Shown here: positions 53,914 through 63,911 of the stretch, piece after piece
How the letters are laid out: the number at the start of each line of letters is the position of its first letter
Numbering within the stretch: position 1 is the stretch's first letter
Sequence record: PP216084
Strand: one strand, 5' to 3'
DNA: 64,000 bases
From: Escherichia phage vB_EcoS_HZ_ZJUN2
The notes under the pieces: generated by a model
Told to the model about the DNA's origin: nothing
The model's input: the letters and a program-made list of their open reading frames with translations, nothing else
The model's database searches: none
Position numbers and translations under genes: made by a program

Positions 53914-54342
53914 ATGTCTGATCGTTTCTATACTCAAATGGCGGAACATTTTCGTATACCACATTACGAGCTAAACATTGCACTCCGTGACCATGACTCT
54001 CCTGAGTACAAAAAGCTCGAAAAGAAGGCGGAAAAATCTATTGATACAAAGGTAGGTGCACCTATGTCTAAGGGCAAAAAGTTAACTCGTCTTGATCTTA
54101 ATAAAATTTTAACTGAACTTTTGGGTACTGATATTGAAGGTGCTAAATTACCACTTCTTGTACTAGAGACTATGATTAAAAAGGTCAAAAATAAAGAATA
54201 TAAGAAGGTAGAAGTCCCAGAAGGCAGATTAAAGGCTCCGTATCAGGAAGCATTAACCGAGTGTTTGGGTGTAAATCTTGATCTGAGCACCGCAACTGTT
54301 AAGTGCATGAAAAACTTCTTAGAAGCTATTAATAAACTATGA
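53914..54342 (+). CDS. hypothetical protein (142 aa)
   Basis: ORF track; RBS AGAGAGG. Confidence 0.5.
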   Translation: MSDRFYTQMAEHFRIPHYELNIALRDHDSPEYKKLEKKAEKSIDTKVGAPMSKGKKLTRLDLNKILTELLGTDIEGAKLPLLVLETMIKKVKNKEYKKVEVPEGRLKAPYQEALTECLGVNLDLSTATVKCMKNFLEAINKL

Positions 54343-54866
54343 TTACACAGGATACTCTTAAACAGATGTTCAATTACGACCCTGAAACGGGAATCTTTAC
54401 ATGGAAAGTAAGTAGAGGACCGAAAAAGAAGGGCGATATAGCAGGAACACTCACCAAAGATGGATACATTAGAATAACCATTAATAAACGCCCTTATTAT
54501 GCGCAGCAATTAGCATGTCTATACATGACTGGAGAATGGCCAGAGCATGAGATGGACCATGAAAATCGCATAACCTATGATAATAGGTGGTGTAATATTC
54601 GTAATGCTACTAAACAGGAAAATCTAAGAAATAGGAAGGCATGGGGTAAATCCGGCTATTTAGGAGTTTCATGGAATCGAGGTAAGTGGCAAGTCTACGT
54701 CGTGAACTCAAATGGAGAAAGTATATCCGGCGGGCGTTTTGAACATAAAGATTTAGAATTGGCAGTTAAATCAGCCAATACTTTAAGAGCAAAATTGCAC
54801 GGGGAACGTGCAATTTTTGAAGAATTTACAGGATATATACCTGATATTGGAGAGTTAAATAAATGA
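54339..54866 (+). CDS. HNH homing endonuclease
   Basis: N-terminal module FNYDPETGIFTWKVSRG and HNH core DHENRITYDNRWCNIRNAT; paralog of 4588, 33519 and 57830. Confidence 0.75.
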   Translation: MITQDTLKQMFNYDPETGIFTWKVSRGPKKKGDIAGTLTKDGYIRITINKRPYYAQQLACLYMTGEWPEHEMDHENRITYDNRWCNIRNATKQENLRNRKAWGKSGYLGVSWNRGKWQVYVVNSNGESISGGRFEHKDLELAVKSANTLRAKLHGERAIFEEFTGYIPDIGELNK

Positions 54867-55153
54867 GTAAATTAGTATATCTATTGAAAGGTTCCACTTG
54901 CAATCCTTGCAAAATGTTTGAGCCAGTATTTGATAAAGTAGTCAGTGACTATAATTTGGAAATCCATAAAGAGACTGATAATACAGAATTAATGCAGAAA
55001 TTTGGTGTGCGCCAAGTTCCTGTAGTAGTTCTGGCGGATCGTTTACCTAATGGTCGAGTAGAAGCTAATCATATTTTGATTGGACGTCAGCTTCGTAAAG
55101 AAACTATGCACGAAGCTATTAAAAATTTCCTGGATGATAATCCAGAGGACTAA
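54863..55153 (+). CDS. thioredoxin/glutaredoxin-like protein (CxxC)
   Basis: Active-site-like STCNPCKM near N-terminus, ~96 aa; plausible RNR reductant. Confidence 0.55.
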   Translation: MSKLVYLLKGSTCNPCKMFEPVFDKVVSDYNLEIHKETDNTELMQKFGVRQVPVVVLADRLPNGRVEANHILIGRQLRKETMHEAIKNFLDDNPED

Positions 55154-55157
55154 TAAA

Positions 55158-55190
55158 CAAAGCCTGATCTTAGCTGATCAGGCTTTTATT
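55158..55190 (+). terminator. rho-independent terminator
   Basis: AAGCCTGATCTTAGCTGATCAGGCTT + TTATTTT. Confidence 0.6.
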
Positions 55191-55194
55191 TTAC

Positions 55195-55223
55195 TTGCTT
55201 TTTGCTAAAAATTTTGATATAAT
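55195..55223 (+). promoter_or_regulatory. sigma70-type early promoter
   Basis: -35 TTGCTT / 17 bp / -10 TATAAT. Confidence 0.55.
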
Positions 55224-55250
55224 ACTTATATAAATTGATTGGAGGATTAA

Positions 55251-55496
55251 ATGTTAGCGGAACAAGCAAAACGTTTAGCCAGGATAAATAGAGCTGCACT
55301 TCTTAATAGCAGAAAGAAACCATATAAGTATGTTAAAAAGAGAATAGTTTCTTCTGTGGGGATTGGGGGTTCTTTTGTGCAGTTTAATCGTGATGAAATT
55401 AGTTATGAAGCTATAAAAGCCCTCTATAAAGAGGGTTATACTCTCCAACTATCTAACGACTATGGCACAACTATTTTAACTGTTATTTGGGAATAA
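55251..55496 (+). CDS. hypothetical protein (81 aa)
   Basis: ORF track. Confidence 0.5.
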   Translation: MLAEQAKRLARINRAALLNSRKKPYKYVKKRIVSSVGIGGSFVQFNRDEISYEAIKALYKEGYTLQLSNDYGTTILTVIWE

Positions 55497-55498
55497 TT

Positions 55499-56362
55499 AT
55501 GAAAAAAGAATTTAATGTACATAAAACTCTAGTAGTGCCGGATGACGCTAATTTGTTTTTCGTTGGTGATATTCATGGATGCAATGATTTGCTAGAAGAT
55601 GCGTTGAAATTAGCTGGGTATAATAGCAAAAAAGATTGCGTAGTATGTGTCGGAGACTTAATAGACCGAGGCACACAAAACCTACAAGTTTTAGCCAAAT
55701 TCCTGTATAATCCACGTTTTATCAGTGTACGTGGTAATCATGACCAATTTATGATTGTGGGAGATTGGGCTAATTGGATGTATAATGGTGGTATGTGGGC
55801 CATGAATGAACTAGATGCAGACACAATTAAAAATATTGCCGAAGATATGGCTGAAAAAATGCCAGTATTCCTAACTGTTAGACATCGTGGTAAGAAATTT
55901 GGTGTTGTTCACGGTGGCGTACCTTTTACGTACAAAGAATGTGGTAATGAAGTAGAAACCCCAGTATGGGATAATCTTATTGCACAAGTAGAAGCAGCTA
56001 AGGAAGACCCACATGACCATCCTGGATACCATATTGAACCATATTTATGGGATCGAGATGTAATCCAAGAAATAGGCTTCTACTTGTCCAAAAATGGTGA
56101 GGAACACCCGTATTTCCAGCGTTATGCAGGATTTAAAGAAAAATACATGGTAGAAGTGCCAGAAGTTAAAGGTGTAGATTTCGTGTTTCACGGGCATACT
56201 GGAGTTCCTTACCCACTTCTTTATAAGAACCGTGTTTATCTTGATACTGGCGGTGTTTTCAACGGGCAGTTGACGGTTGCGCAAGTTAACGATGAAACTG
56301 GCAAAATCACCACATTTACCACAGACAAAATTGATAGCTGCGGTGTACAGAGGATTCTTTAA
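55499..56362 (+). CDS. Ser/Thr protein phosphatase-like metallophosphoesterase (calcineurin-like)
   Basis: Motifs GDIHG, GDLIDRG, GNHD; track ORF 55487 trimmed to ATG 55499. Confidence 0.8.
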   Translation: MKKEFNVHKTLVVPDDANLFFVGDIHGCNDLLEDALKLAGYNSKKDCVVCVGDLIDRGTQNLQVLAKFLYNPRFISVRGNHDQFMIVGDWANWMYNGGMWAMNELDADTIKNIAEDMAEKMPVFLTVRHRGKKFGVVHGGVPFTYKECGNEVETPVWDNLIAQVEAAKEDPHDHPGYHIEPYLWDRDVIQEIGFYLSKNGEEHPYFQRYAGFKEKYMVEVPEVKGVDFVFHGHTGVPYPLLYKNRVYLDTGGVFNGQLTVAQVNDETGKITTFTTDKIDSCGVQRIL

Positions 56363-56883
56363 TGAAAGTTCGCTTTTGGAGTGACCTCCACTTGGGGCAT
56401 GCAAATATTACTAAATTCAGACCAATCTTCTCTACTATGGAAGAGCATGACGAATTTATTATGGACACTATCACATCCGTGAAGGATAAGCGTACAGTAT
56501 TCTATATTTTAGGAGACGCATTTGTATCTAGAAATGGTTTGGAGAAGTTCGAAAAACTCTTTGGTAATGTTAGAACTACGTTAGTTTTGGGAAACCACGA
56601 CTTAGAACGAGAAGGATTATCTTTCAAAGACTTAATAGGGATTGTAGATAACGTACAATCCCTAGTTAAGTATAAAAACTTCTGGCTTTCCCATGCCCCA
56701 ATACACCATGGGGAGCTGAGAGGTAAGAAGAACTTACATGGGCATACTCACTTTGAGCTAATGGGGGATCCTCGTTATATTAACGTTTGTGTCGAGTATG
56801 CAAAATCACCAGTACGTCTGGAAGACATCATGAGTGGTAAGTATACCTCACATGATAAAACTAGCTGGATGTTAAATGTCTGA
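56362..56883 (+). CDS. second metallophosphoesterase (calcineurin-like)
   Basis: Motifs SDLHLGH, ILGDAF, LGNHD, HGHTH; start overlaps previous stop. Confidence 0.65.
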   Translation: MKVRFWSDLHLGHANITKFRPIFSTMEEHDEFIMDTITSVKDKRTVFYILGDAFVSRNGLEKFEKLFGNVRTTLVLGNHDLEREGLSFKDLIGIVDNVQSLVKYKNFWLSHAPIHHGELRGKKNLHGHTHFELMGDPRYINVCVEYAKSPVRLEDIMSGKYTSHDKTSWMLNV

Positions 56884-56991
56884 GTATATAGCTGAGGCTA
56901 TTATTAAACGAATCATACAAGCGATAGCAATACTTATAATCATTTGTATTGCTATTGGTACAGGATTAGGCATTTTAATTAAAAGTTTTAT

Positions 56992-57020
56992 TTGCTAAAA
57001 TGCTTAAGTTTCTGTATAAT
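56992..57020 (+). promoter_or_regulatory. sigma70-type early promoter
   Basis: -35 TTGCTA / 17 bp / -10 TATAAT. Confidence 0.55.
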
Positions 57021-57050
57021 TACTTTATAAATTGATGAGAAGGAATCAAA

Positions 57051-57479
57051 ATGAACAAAGTTGATAAAGCTCTAGTTTTCGCAGCAGCAGATAAATTTGA
57101 ACAAGTTAAGGCAACTTTCCGAACCTTGTTCCAGTCTTACGTTCAGGATAAGTCTAATCCTATCTCTGAACGTTTGATGGTCTGGGAATGTTACGCAACT
57201 GATGCCCTATTAATGGCAGATTACAGGGGTGAGGCAGACGAAGAGATAGAAGAACTTTTTGCTGAAGAAGCTCCACGTTATCAGGCAGTTTATTTCCAAG
57301 ATCTAGCTGAACGCATCATTCCTGACGATCTTTGGGATAAATACTACGGTAATCCTGAAGATGATGGAATGACGCCAGAAGCGTGTATTGAACTGATTTG
57401 CAAAAATCATCCTGAAATTGCAGAAAAATTTGAGCAAGTATTGGCTTCTGAGTTCTCAGGTTTCGTTAACGATTGGTAA
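57051..57479 (+). CDS. acidic hypothetical protein (142 aa)
   Basis: ORF track; RBS AGAAGGAATC. Confidence 0.5.
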   Translation: MNKVDKALVFAAADKFEQVKATFRTLFQSYVQDKSNPISERLMVWECYATDALLMADYRGEADEEIEELFAEEAPRYQAVYFQDLAERIIPDDLWDKYYGNPEDDGMTPEACIELICKNHPEIAEKFEQVLASEFSGFVNDW

Positions 57480-57496
57480 GTAATTAAAAAATTCAG

Positions 57497-57525
57497 TTGC
57501 TTTAAGCCTTAAAATTCTGTATAAT
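57497..57525 (+). promoter_or_regulatory. sigma70-type early promoter
   Basis: -35 TTGCTT / 17 bp / -10 TATAAT. Confidence 0.55.
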
Positions 57526-57557
57526 AAGTTCATAAATTAATGAGAGAGGAAATTCTA

Positions 57558-57836
57558 ATGGAAAACATGACTAAAGACTTCGACGCCTCTAACCTTACTA
57601 AGACTGAGATGGCCAATGTATTAGCAATTCTCCTCGATATGCAAGGATTTGAGGGGCAACTGATGAAAATGTCTATTCCAGCGATGAAGAAGATGTACGA
57701 TTCCCTTAACAAGAACGCAATGGCCTTTAACCTGGCAAAACAAGAGGCACGCTTTGCTAAAGAGCACCAAGCAGTGGCAGAACGCCGAGCAGCTAGCTTT
57801 GAGCGTGAAGTTAAGCAATTGAAGAAAAAATGCTAA
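57558..57836 (+). CDS. hypothetical protein (about 92 aa)
   Basis: Track ORF 57540 trimmed to ATG 57558 with RBS GAGAGAGGAA. Confidence 0.5.
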   Translation: MENMTKDFDASNLTKTEMANVLAILLDMQGFEGQLMKMSIPAMKKMYDSLNKNAMAFNLAKQEARFAKEHQAVAERRAASFEREVKQLKKKC

Positions 57837-58366
57837 CACAAAAAAGATTAAAAGAGCTATTCGAATACCGCCCGGAAACGGGCGAGTTTATTAGGAGGGT
57901 GAGCAGAGGCCGAGCTAAGGCAGGCTCTGTAGCTGGAACATCAGATAAAGATGGGTATATTATCATAGGGATCGATAGGGAAAGGTATAAAGCTCACCGA
58001 CTGGCCTTTTTGTACATGGATGGTAAAATTCCCGAAGAAGTCGACCATAAAAATAGGATTACATGGGATAATAGGTGGGATAACCTGAGGGATACTACTT
58101 CTAGTGAAAATAACAAAAATAGAACTACATATAGTAATTCAGGTTATTTAGGGGTTTCTTGGCATAAAGCTGCCCAAAAATGGCAAGTACAAAATAAAGA
58201 TATTAATAAAAAACCTGTGTATGGTGGACTATTTGATTACTTAGATTTAGGATTAGCGGTTAAAAGAGCTAACGAGCTACGATTAGAGCTACACGGGCCT
58301 ACCGCTGTTATAGAAACTTTTGATCATACAAAACCCTTACCTACTTTAGAGGAATTAAATAAATGA
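57830..58366 (+). CDS. HNH homing endonuclease
   Basis: N-terminal FEYRPETGEFIRRVSRG and HNH core DHKNRITWDNRWDNLRDTT. Confidence 0.75.
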   Translation: MLTQKRLKELFEYRPETGEFIRRVSRGRAKAGSVAGTSDKDGYIIIGIDRERYKAHRLAFLYMDGKIPEEVDHKNRITWDNRWDNLRDTTSSENNKNRTTYSNSGYLGVSWHKAAQKWQVQNKDINKKPVYGGLFDYLDLGLAVKRANELRLELHGPTAVIETFDHTKPLPTLEELNK

Positions 58367-58644
58367 TTACAGAAATTCTCATTGGACTACTAGTTCTTAT
58401 GACACTAGCAGCGATTGGTGGGATTATTGGTATTGTAAGCATGAGAAAAAATATAGAGAGTATGCTTATTACTAATAGTGGACTTCACGGCCGCTTAATA
58501 GAACAAGAACAAGATATTGAACTAGCGCAAAGACGCTCAGATATTCTAAAAGAAAAACTAAACAATATTGAAGCAATAGCTGGGAATACAAAATTACCTA
58601 ATAAAGTAATGCGTGCACAGATAATTACGGAGATTAAAAAATGA
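58363..58644 (+). CDS. membrane-anchored coiled-coil protein (93 aa)
   Basis: ORF track; N-terminal TM. Confidence 0.45.
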   Translation: MITEILIGLLVLMTLAAIGGIIGIVSMRKNIESMLITNSGLHGRLIEQEQDIELAQRRSDILKEKLNNIEAIAGNTKLPNKVMRAQIITEIKK

Positions 58645-58886
58645 TGATGTTTATTCTAGCGTTTTATCTAATTGTGGTTGGTGTACTGGTTACCAAGTAC
58701 CACACATGGACACCAAAGAATGTAGCTAAGGTAGCATTATTTATTATTCCAGTCCCGCTTATTATCTTTTCTATGTTACTAGTGATGTTAGTTGGTAAAG
58801 TAACAAAAACCGATATTAAACGTATTGCCGATGAATTGCAACAGTCTTGTGACATGGTAGAGGATATTCTTAAAGATGAAGCTTAA
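58641..58886 (+). CDS. small membrane protein (81 aa)
   Basis: ORF track; two TM segments. Confidence 0.45.
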   Translation: MMMFILAFYLIVVGVLVTKYHTWTPKNVAKVALFIIPVPLIIFSMLLVMLVGKVTKTDIKRIADELQQSCDMVEDILKDEA

Positions 58887-59202
58887 TTTTAATGAATTAA
58901 ATACCTTACATGAGATATTACAGTTTGTGAATAATAATATTAGTATTCCAGATGATACATTAGAAGTTCTCAGGATAATTGAGAAAAAGGTAGGGATTGA
59001 AATTGAGGACTCCTGGAAACCACTTTCTGTATTAACACCTCTTAATATGAAAGTGATAGTTAAAAATATCGATACTGGTGAAGAATGTAAGATGATTCGT
59101 AAAGAGCTAGCTGATAGTTATTCACCAAAGTCTGTAGTAATGTATCATGATGACACACCTAAGATCCTACAGACAGCTAATTACGTATGGCGTCTCCCAT
59201 GA
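58876..59202 (+). CDS. hypothetical protein (108 aa)
   Basis: ORF track. Confidence 0.5.
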   Translation: MKLNFNELNTLHEILQFVNNNISIPDDTLEVLRIIEKKVGIEIEDSWKPLSVLTPLNMKVIVKNIDTGEECKMIRKELADSYSPKSVVMYHDDTPKILQTANYVWRLP

Positions 59203-59301
59203 TTGATTTAGTACCAATTACTGCGGGGCTATTAGCACTATTAGTGCTCGCAGTTTTTATTATTGTGGAGCAGGCCAAAGTAATAAGGAGACTTAAAAAC
59301 A

Positions 59302-59502
59302 ATGATAAAACGTCTTGTTTATCAGGCACCAAAGATTGTAACTGAGTATTTTGTATTACTGCCTCAGATTGTATTTCTAACAGCATTATTTAATATACTT
59401 TTTCGACATCTAGGAATAACAGAAAATATCTTCTACACTTCTGAACTACTTCCTTTTATGTACGAAGGCATCATCGTGGCAATTAACGGAGTTCGTAAAT
59501 GA
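59302..59502 (+). CDS. small membrane protein (66 aa)
   Basis: ORF track. Confidence 0.45.
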   Translation: MIKRLVYQAPKIVTEYFVLLPQIVFLTALFNILFRHLGITENIFYTSELLPFMYEGIIVAINGVRK

Positions 59503-59960
59503 CAGCACTACAACAACTACAGAATTACTGGTTTGATAACCAATTTAACGATCTCTTTATCCAGTTATTTGTCGAAACGAACGGACGCTTCAACTACCGA
59601 TTCTTTAATAAGTTTCACGAGACAAAATTCTCGCATACAGAAATTAATGCAGCGATCCAAGACCTAACTGGTTCTAAAGTAGTTCAGTATCGTGAAGTAG
59701 ATTTTACACCAGATTGTTTTGGGTTTGAATTGTTTAAGAAAGCATATAAATTTGGTAAGTTTGAAGATGCTCGTCAATGGGTTTATGATTTCTGGTATAA
59801 TACCGATATTGTTCCTAGTCGTGTACTGATTCTTAACTGGATTGCTAAACAACATCCACCTAAAGCTCAATCGTCCTTCTTACCAACTGACACAGGAAAC
59901 CTTTACCATGACAGAAAAGAAAAATCCATTGCTGGAGCAGATGAAGGAATGGGAGAGTAA
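59499..59960 (+). CDS. hypothetical protein (153 aa)
   Basis: ORF track. Confidence 0.5.
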   Translation: MTALQQLQNYWFDNQFNDLFIQLFVETNGRFNYRFFNKFHETKFSHTEINAAIQDLTGSKVVQYREVDFTPDCFGFELFKKAYKFGKFEDARQWVYDFWYNTDIVPSRVLILNWIAKQHPPKAQSSFLPTDTGNLYHDRKEKSIAGADEGMGE

Positions 59961-60279
59961 TATTGAATCTGGTCTGGTAGACGGAGAAGATATTGTTAAC
60001 TCTATGCTAGAAGTAACAATAGATAATATAAATCCTATTTTGGCCAGTGAAACCTCAGATCTTATAGGACTTTCTAGTACTTTCGATTCTTTGGCTAAAT
60101 TAGCTTTAGATGACGAAGAGATAACCAAAGAAGATCTAGCCTCAGCTATGAATATGGCTATTAACGCTTACATTGGCAAACGTACCGATGAACTCGACAA
60201 ACAAATCAAAAAGCGTGATACAACACTAAATCTTATGGAAACGGCCACTATTTTAAGAAGTGGTAAACAACTTCATTAA
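59905..60279 (+). CDS. acidic hypothetical protein (about 124 aa)
   Basis: Track ORF 59842-60279; probable start at internal ATG 59905 (MTEKKNPLLEQ). Confidence 0.45.
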   Translation, partial: TMTEKKNPLLEQMKEWESNIESGLVDGEDIVNSMLEVTIDNINPILASETSDLIGLSSTFDSLAKLALDDEEITKEDLASAMNMAINAYIGKRTDELDKQIKKRDTTLNLMETATILRSGKQLH

Positions 60280-60284
60280 TTCTA

Positions 60285-60315
60285 GAGGCCAGGACTTGAT
60301 TGTTCTGGCCTTTTG
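60285..60315 (+). terminator. rho-independent terminator
   Basis: GGCCAGGACTTGATTGTTCTGGCC + TTTTGTGTTT. Confidence 0.55.
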
Positions 60316-60537
60316 TGTTTCAAGGAACTTCAAATGCAAGTATATGTCCTTACTAGAGATATAAATGAGTATAATCAGGATGGTGAATATTTTGTAAAAG
60401 TATTCGCTGAAAAGCCAAGCAAACAACAATTATTAGATGCTGGAGTACCAGAAGACCAAGCTAAGTGTATACTACAAGATAAAGAGTTTACTGGTGATGC
60501 TTACGAATGTTTCTACCTTAGATGTGAGAATATCTAA
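60313..60537 (+). CDS. hypothetical protein (74 aa)
   Basis: ORF track. Confidence 0.45.
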   Translation: MCFKELQMQVYVLTRDINEYNQDGEYFVKVFAEKPSKQQLLDAGVPEDQAKCILQDKEFTGDAYECFYLRCENI

Positions 60538-60539
60538 TA

Positions 60540-60979
60540 TGAGAGAAAAAGTAAATGAATTATTAATCGAGGAAGCTAACAACTTCCCAATAAATAGGTT
60601 TATCAAATCGGATGGATCTATTAATAGAACTAAGATTAAGCAACTACATCCCGACTTTCAACAAGAAGCATTAAACCTTATATTTATCAAGAAAGCTGTT
60701 GCAGTTCATGGAGCTTTCTTTGGATATGAGCGTGTAAATTACAAAACAATGCAACAGCAAGTCGAGATCTATTGTCCAGACCATGAAGGGTATTATTGGC
60801 AAACTGCTAGATCTCATTTAGAAGGACATGGTTGTCGACTGTGTGCACACAAGGTTGTGCAGCGTGTCACGGATTATGGAACCTATACCGTACCAGCATG
60901 TTATCATAAATTTGTAATTGACGATAATCATATAGTTTGGTATAATAAGTTTTCAAAGTTAAGAATGGAGATAAAATAA
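60540..60979 (+). CDS. hypothetical Cys/His-containing protein (about 146 aa)
   Basis: Track ORF 60437-60979 trimmed to ATG 60540 (MREKVNELL...). Confidence 0.45.
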
Positions 60980-61164
60980 TGGAAACTCTTTTTCTTTTAA
61001 TGCTCGTAGGTTCTCTGTTACTAATACTAGCACTTCTACTAATCTGCAATATTCTTAACAACAAGAATCTAGAACTAAAGTGTGAGAACCAAATCCTTAA
61101 TCGTGAACTTAAACAATATAACATCGCAGCCCATAAACTGTTAGACAAACTGGAGAATAAATAA
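60979..61164 (+). CDS. small membrane protein (61 aa)
   Basis: ORF track; TM segment LFLLMLVGSLLLILALLLI. Confidence 0.5.
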   Translation: METLFLLMLVGSLLLILALLLICNILNNKNLELKCENQILNRELKQYNIAAHKLLDKLENK

Positions 61165-61769
61165 TGACTTTTAATGCACAACAACCTATTCAAGTAGTAC
61201 CAGACCATGAACTGAATACATGGGATTATAGCTTTAAAGATTTAACTGCTACTATACAATTCAAATCTATGAAGCTAACATTTGCACACACTGATCTTAG
61301 AGCCTGTAAAGATCTTGAAGGTAAGCTCGAAGATGCTCGTAAGATTTTTGGTAAGGCTCGCATCCCGGCTGATAATCTAATTAACGCATTAATCGATGCA
61401 GGATACAAACTCGTGAAGACTGAGGTGAACCGCCCTAGTACTCCAGTGACTATTAGAGATCCGTGGCAGCCAGGGACAATCTCAATGCTAAATAAATCAT
61501 CGGATATACACAATGTTCCTTGTGGGGGTGTGATAAGTAGTACGCAGTCCTATCGAGTTGGTGAAGATTACGGCCCATCTGTACAGTTGAAACATACTCA
61601 AGAAGCTTTTGAATCTGATATGCGAAGCGTAGCACCTGCGGATGCTGGAGTTTCTAGGAGTTCTGTTTGTACTATTCATTTTAATAATCCTGGTAAACAT
61701 GGAAGTTTAGAAGATGCTATTATGGAGGCGTTGGGAGCTGTCATTAATGAAGATAAGAGAGGTAGCTAA
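61164..61769 (+). CDS. hypothetical protein (201 aa)
   Basis: ORF track. Confidence 0.5.
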   Translation: MTFNAQQPIQVVPDHELNTWDYSFKDLTATIQFKSMKLTFAHTDLRACKDLEGKLEDARKIFGKARIPADNLINALIDAGYKLVKTEVNRPSTPVTIRDPWQPGTISMLNKSSDIHNVPCGGVISSTQSYRVGEDYGPSVQLKHTQEAFESDMRSVAPADAGVSRSSVCTIHFNNPGKHGSLEDAIMEALGAVINEDKRGS

Positions 61770-61780
61770 TCCTCTAATAT

Positions 61781-61800
61781 ATGAGCCTCTACGGAGGCTC
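61781..61800 (+). terminator. putative hairpin terminator
   Basis: GAGCCTCTACGGAGGCTC followed by A/T-rich tract. Confidence 0.4.
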
Positions 61801-61847
61801 TAAAATAAAAAGAAGGTCATCCAGACCTTAAAAATGAGAGATAAATA

Positions 61848-62732
61848 ATGTATAACTTTAAAGACAAACTAAGACAAAATGCTGGTAAAGGAAAGACAAA
61901 GGAGAATAATAGTGTTCCTAATGCTAAAGTACTTCCGTTTCCTGAACTAACTCAAGAAGAAAAAGATAAACTAGCATTTATGTTCGATGCACTTATAGGA
62001 TTAAGTGGACGACTATACTCCACCCTTAGTCTTAATGAGAAACGTCTAGTAGAGATGTTTTGTAAACGTTACCCAGTTACTTCAAAGGGCAACGCCCATA
62101 AAGAAGGTGAAAAAGCATTCACAGTCTTAAAAATCAGTGCATATGCACATCGTTTCTTAGTTTATGGATTACAGATGGAATACTTCACCATTCCCCCATT
62201 TAAGTCATTTCACATTTTTGAAGATGAACGAATGAATATTGATGATCTCTATGGGGATACGTACAAATATTCAGGAAGTCCATTCCATGATGCATTAAGA
62301 AGCTATCCTACTAGTTATCTACCAGTTAGGGCATCACAAGGTAAAGCTAGCATCTTTGCTGTATACTCAGGATCTAAAGCATCTGATCTAGAAACTTATA
62401 TATTTAAAGAGCGTAAATCTGTGCTTCCAGATGAAGCATTATATAATAATCCGTTGCTTCCAGAAAAAGAACCAGAGAAAATTGATGTAACCCCACCAAT
62501 CCCATCTGATTCTCCTTACCTGAAGTTTGAAAACCACGTTGGATGGGTTCTAGAAATGGGTGTAGCTTCACCGCTTGCTGCAGCATTCATCAATAGGTAT
62601 CTAGAAATTCCTGACGAGTTCCACACACGTTATAATACGAATATTCAGATTACAGATGAATTAATAGCCATTGCAAAAGGTACACCTACTGACACTGAGG
62701 CGTATCAAAAAGCATACCAAGAGTTACTGTAA
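61848..62732 (+). CDS. hypothetical protein (294 aa)
   Basis: ORF track; RBS GAGAGATAAATA. Confidence 0.55.
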   Translation: MYNFKDKLRQNAGKGKTKENNSVPNAKVLPFPELTQEEKDKLAFMFDALIGLSGRLYSTLSLNEKRLVEMFCKRYPVTSKGNAHKEGEKAFTVLKISAYAHRFLVYGLQMEYFTIPPFKSFHIFEDERMNIDDLYGDTYKYSGSPFHDALRSYPTSYLPVRASQGKASIFAVYSGSKASDLETYIFKERKSVLPDEALYNNPLLPEKEPEKIDVTPPIPSDSPYLKFENHVGWVLEMGVASPLAAAFINRYLEIPDEFHTRYNTNIQITDELIAIAKGTPTDTEAYQKAYQELL

Positions 62733-62741
62733 GATCCTGCA

Positions 62742-62775
62742 TGTCTCGGTGCACAATACCTGTACCGAGACTCAA
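62742..62775 (+). terminator. putative hairpin terminator after last gene
   Basis: GTCTCGGTGCACAATACCTGTACCGAGAC. Confidence 0.45.
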
Positions 62776-63278
62776 ATACAAACTCTCGTTGACAGATAGC
62801 TAAATGTATGTTATCATAACTCTATGAGTTAATAGAATTAACCATTTAGAGTTGCCACACAGAAGGTGTGGTGGTTCAGTAATTTAAAATTACTAACTTG
62901 TAGCGGAGGATACGGAGCGACAGGACAAGTTAATAAGTAATTTAATATAAATTGCTAGAAACACCACGAGACCTTCTGGCGGGGGCAAAGCTCTATATGA
63001 GAACCCTGGGGGATCTTATACTTAAAATAAAAGTAAAACTTTTGACCACATAATTTACATTCAAGATGATACACCTGTTGCCGCTCATCTGCTAGGATGG
63101 CACAACACTTTCCTAGAAACTCTAGAGTTCTCACGAAATACTCACGAGATACCACACTTCTAGTGGGCGGTTCTCCTAAGTTTCTAGGAACATATACTAG
63201 GCGGTTAATACAGGGCGGTTATGGGGAGGGCGGTTATTTCTAGACAACATTTTTTGAAAACACTTTTCCAGAAATTAC

Positions 63279-63881
63279 TGTCGGATTTGCACATTGTGTT
63301 TCTAGAAATTTATGGTCGGATTTGCACAATTGCCTAAGTTTTCATGAACATATAATCTCTTGAAAATGGCAGCATTATTTCGGGCCGAAGGCCCATGATT
63401 GCCTGAGTTTTTAGAGCCACAGAAATTTTCACTTGTCAAGCTATTTTGCCTCATTTTGCTAATAAAATTTTACTTTATCTCCTCTAATCTCAAATTAACC
63501 CAAATCTTCTCAACTCTTCCCCAAAATCCCCGCAAATCGGGTGCCCCGCACCAAACATGCGCCCCTCTAGCTTCCCCCCTAATTTTCTCTCGCTCTCTCA
63601 ACTTCTCCCCAAACCCATACAATCACACACCCTCCAATCGAAGTCACAAAAATTTCATCGGATTCGCACAAATAAACCCATGTCGGATTTGCACATATTC
63701 TAGCTAATTCCACAGGATTGATGCGCAGCATCGGATTGCTGGAGTTTTTGGGAAAATTCATTGTCGGATTCGCACACTATAAAAATTTTTGGGGTCGGAT
63801 TTGCACACTACCAAAAATTGTCGGATTCGCACATACATGCCCGCACGTAACACCCGTGGAGCAATGTCGGATTTGCACAAA
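63279..63881. repeat. array of at least 8 dispersed direct repeats, consensus GTCGGATTYGCACA
   Basis: Copies at about 63279, 63314, 63659, 63681, 63761, 63793, 63819 and 63866; non-coding context; followed by palindrome GCGCAGGGCAATTGCCCTGCG at 63883-63905. Confidence 0.75.
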
Positions 63882-63911
63882 AGCGCAGGGCAATTGCCCT
63901 GCGACTTTGAA

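Noticed and set aside
63279-63881. DnaA boxes
   Set aside because: The repeat unit GTCGGATTYGCACA does not match the TTATCCACA consensus well enough to call without a binding assay.
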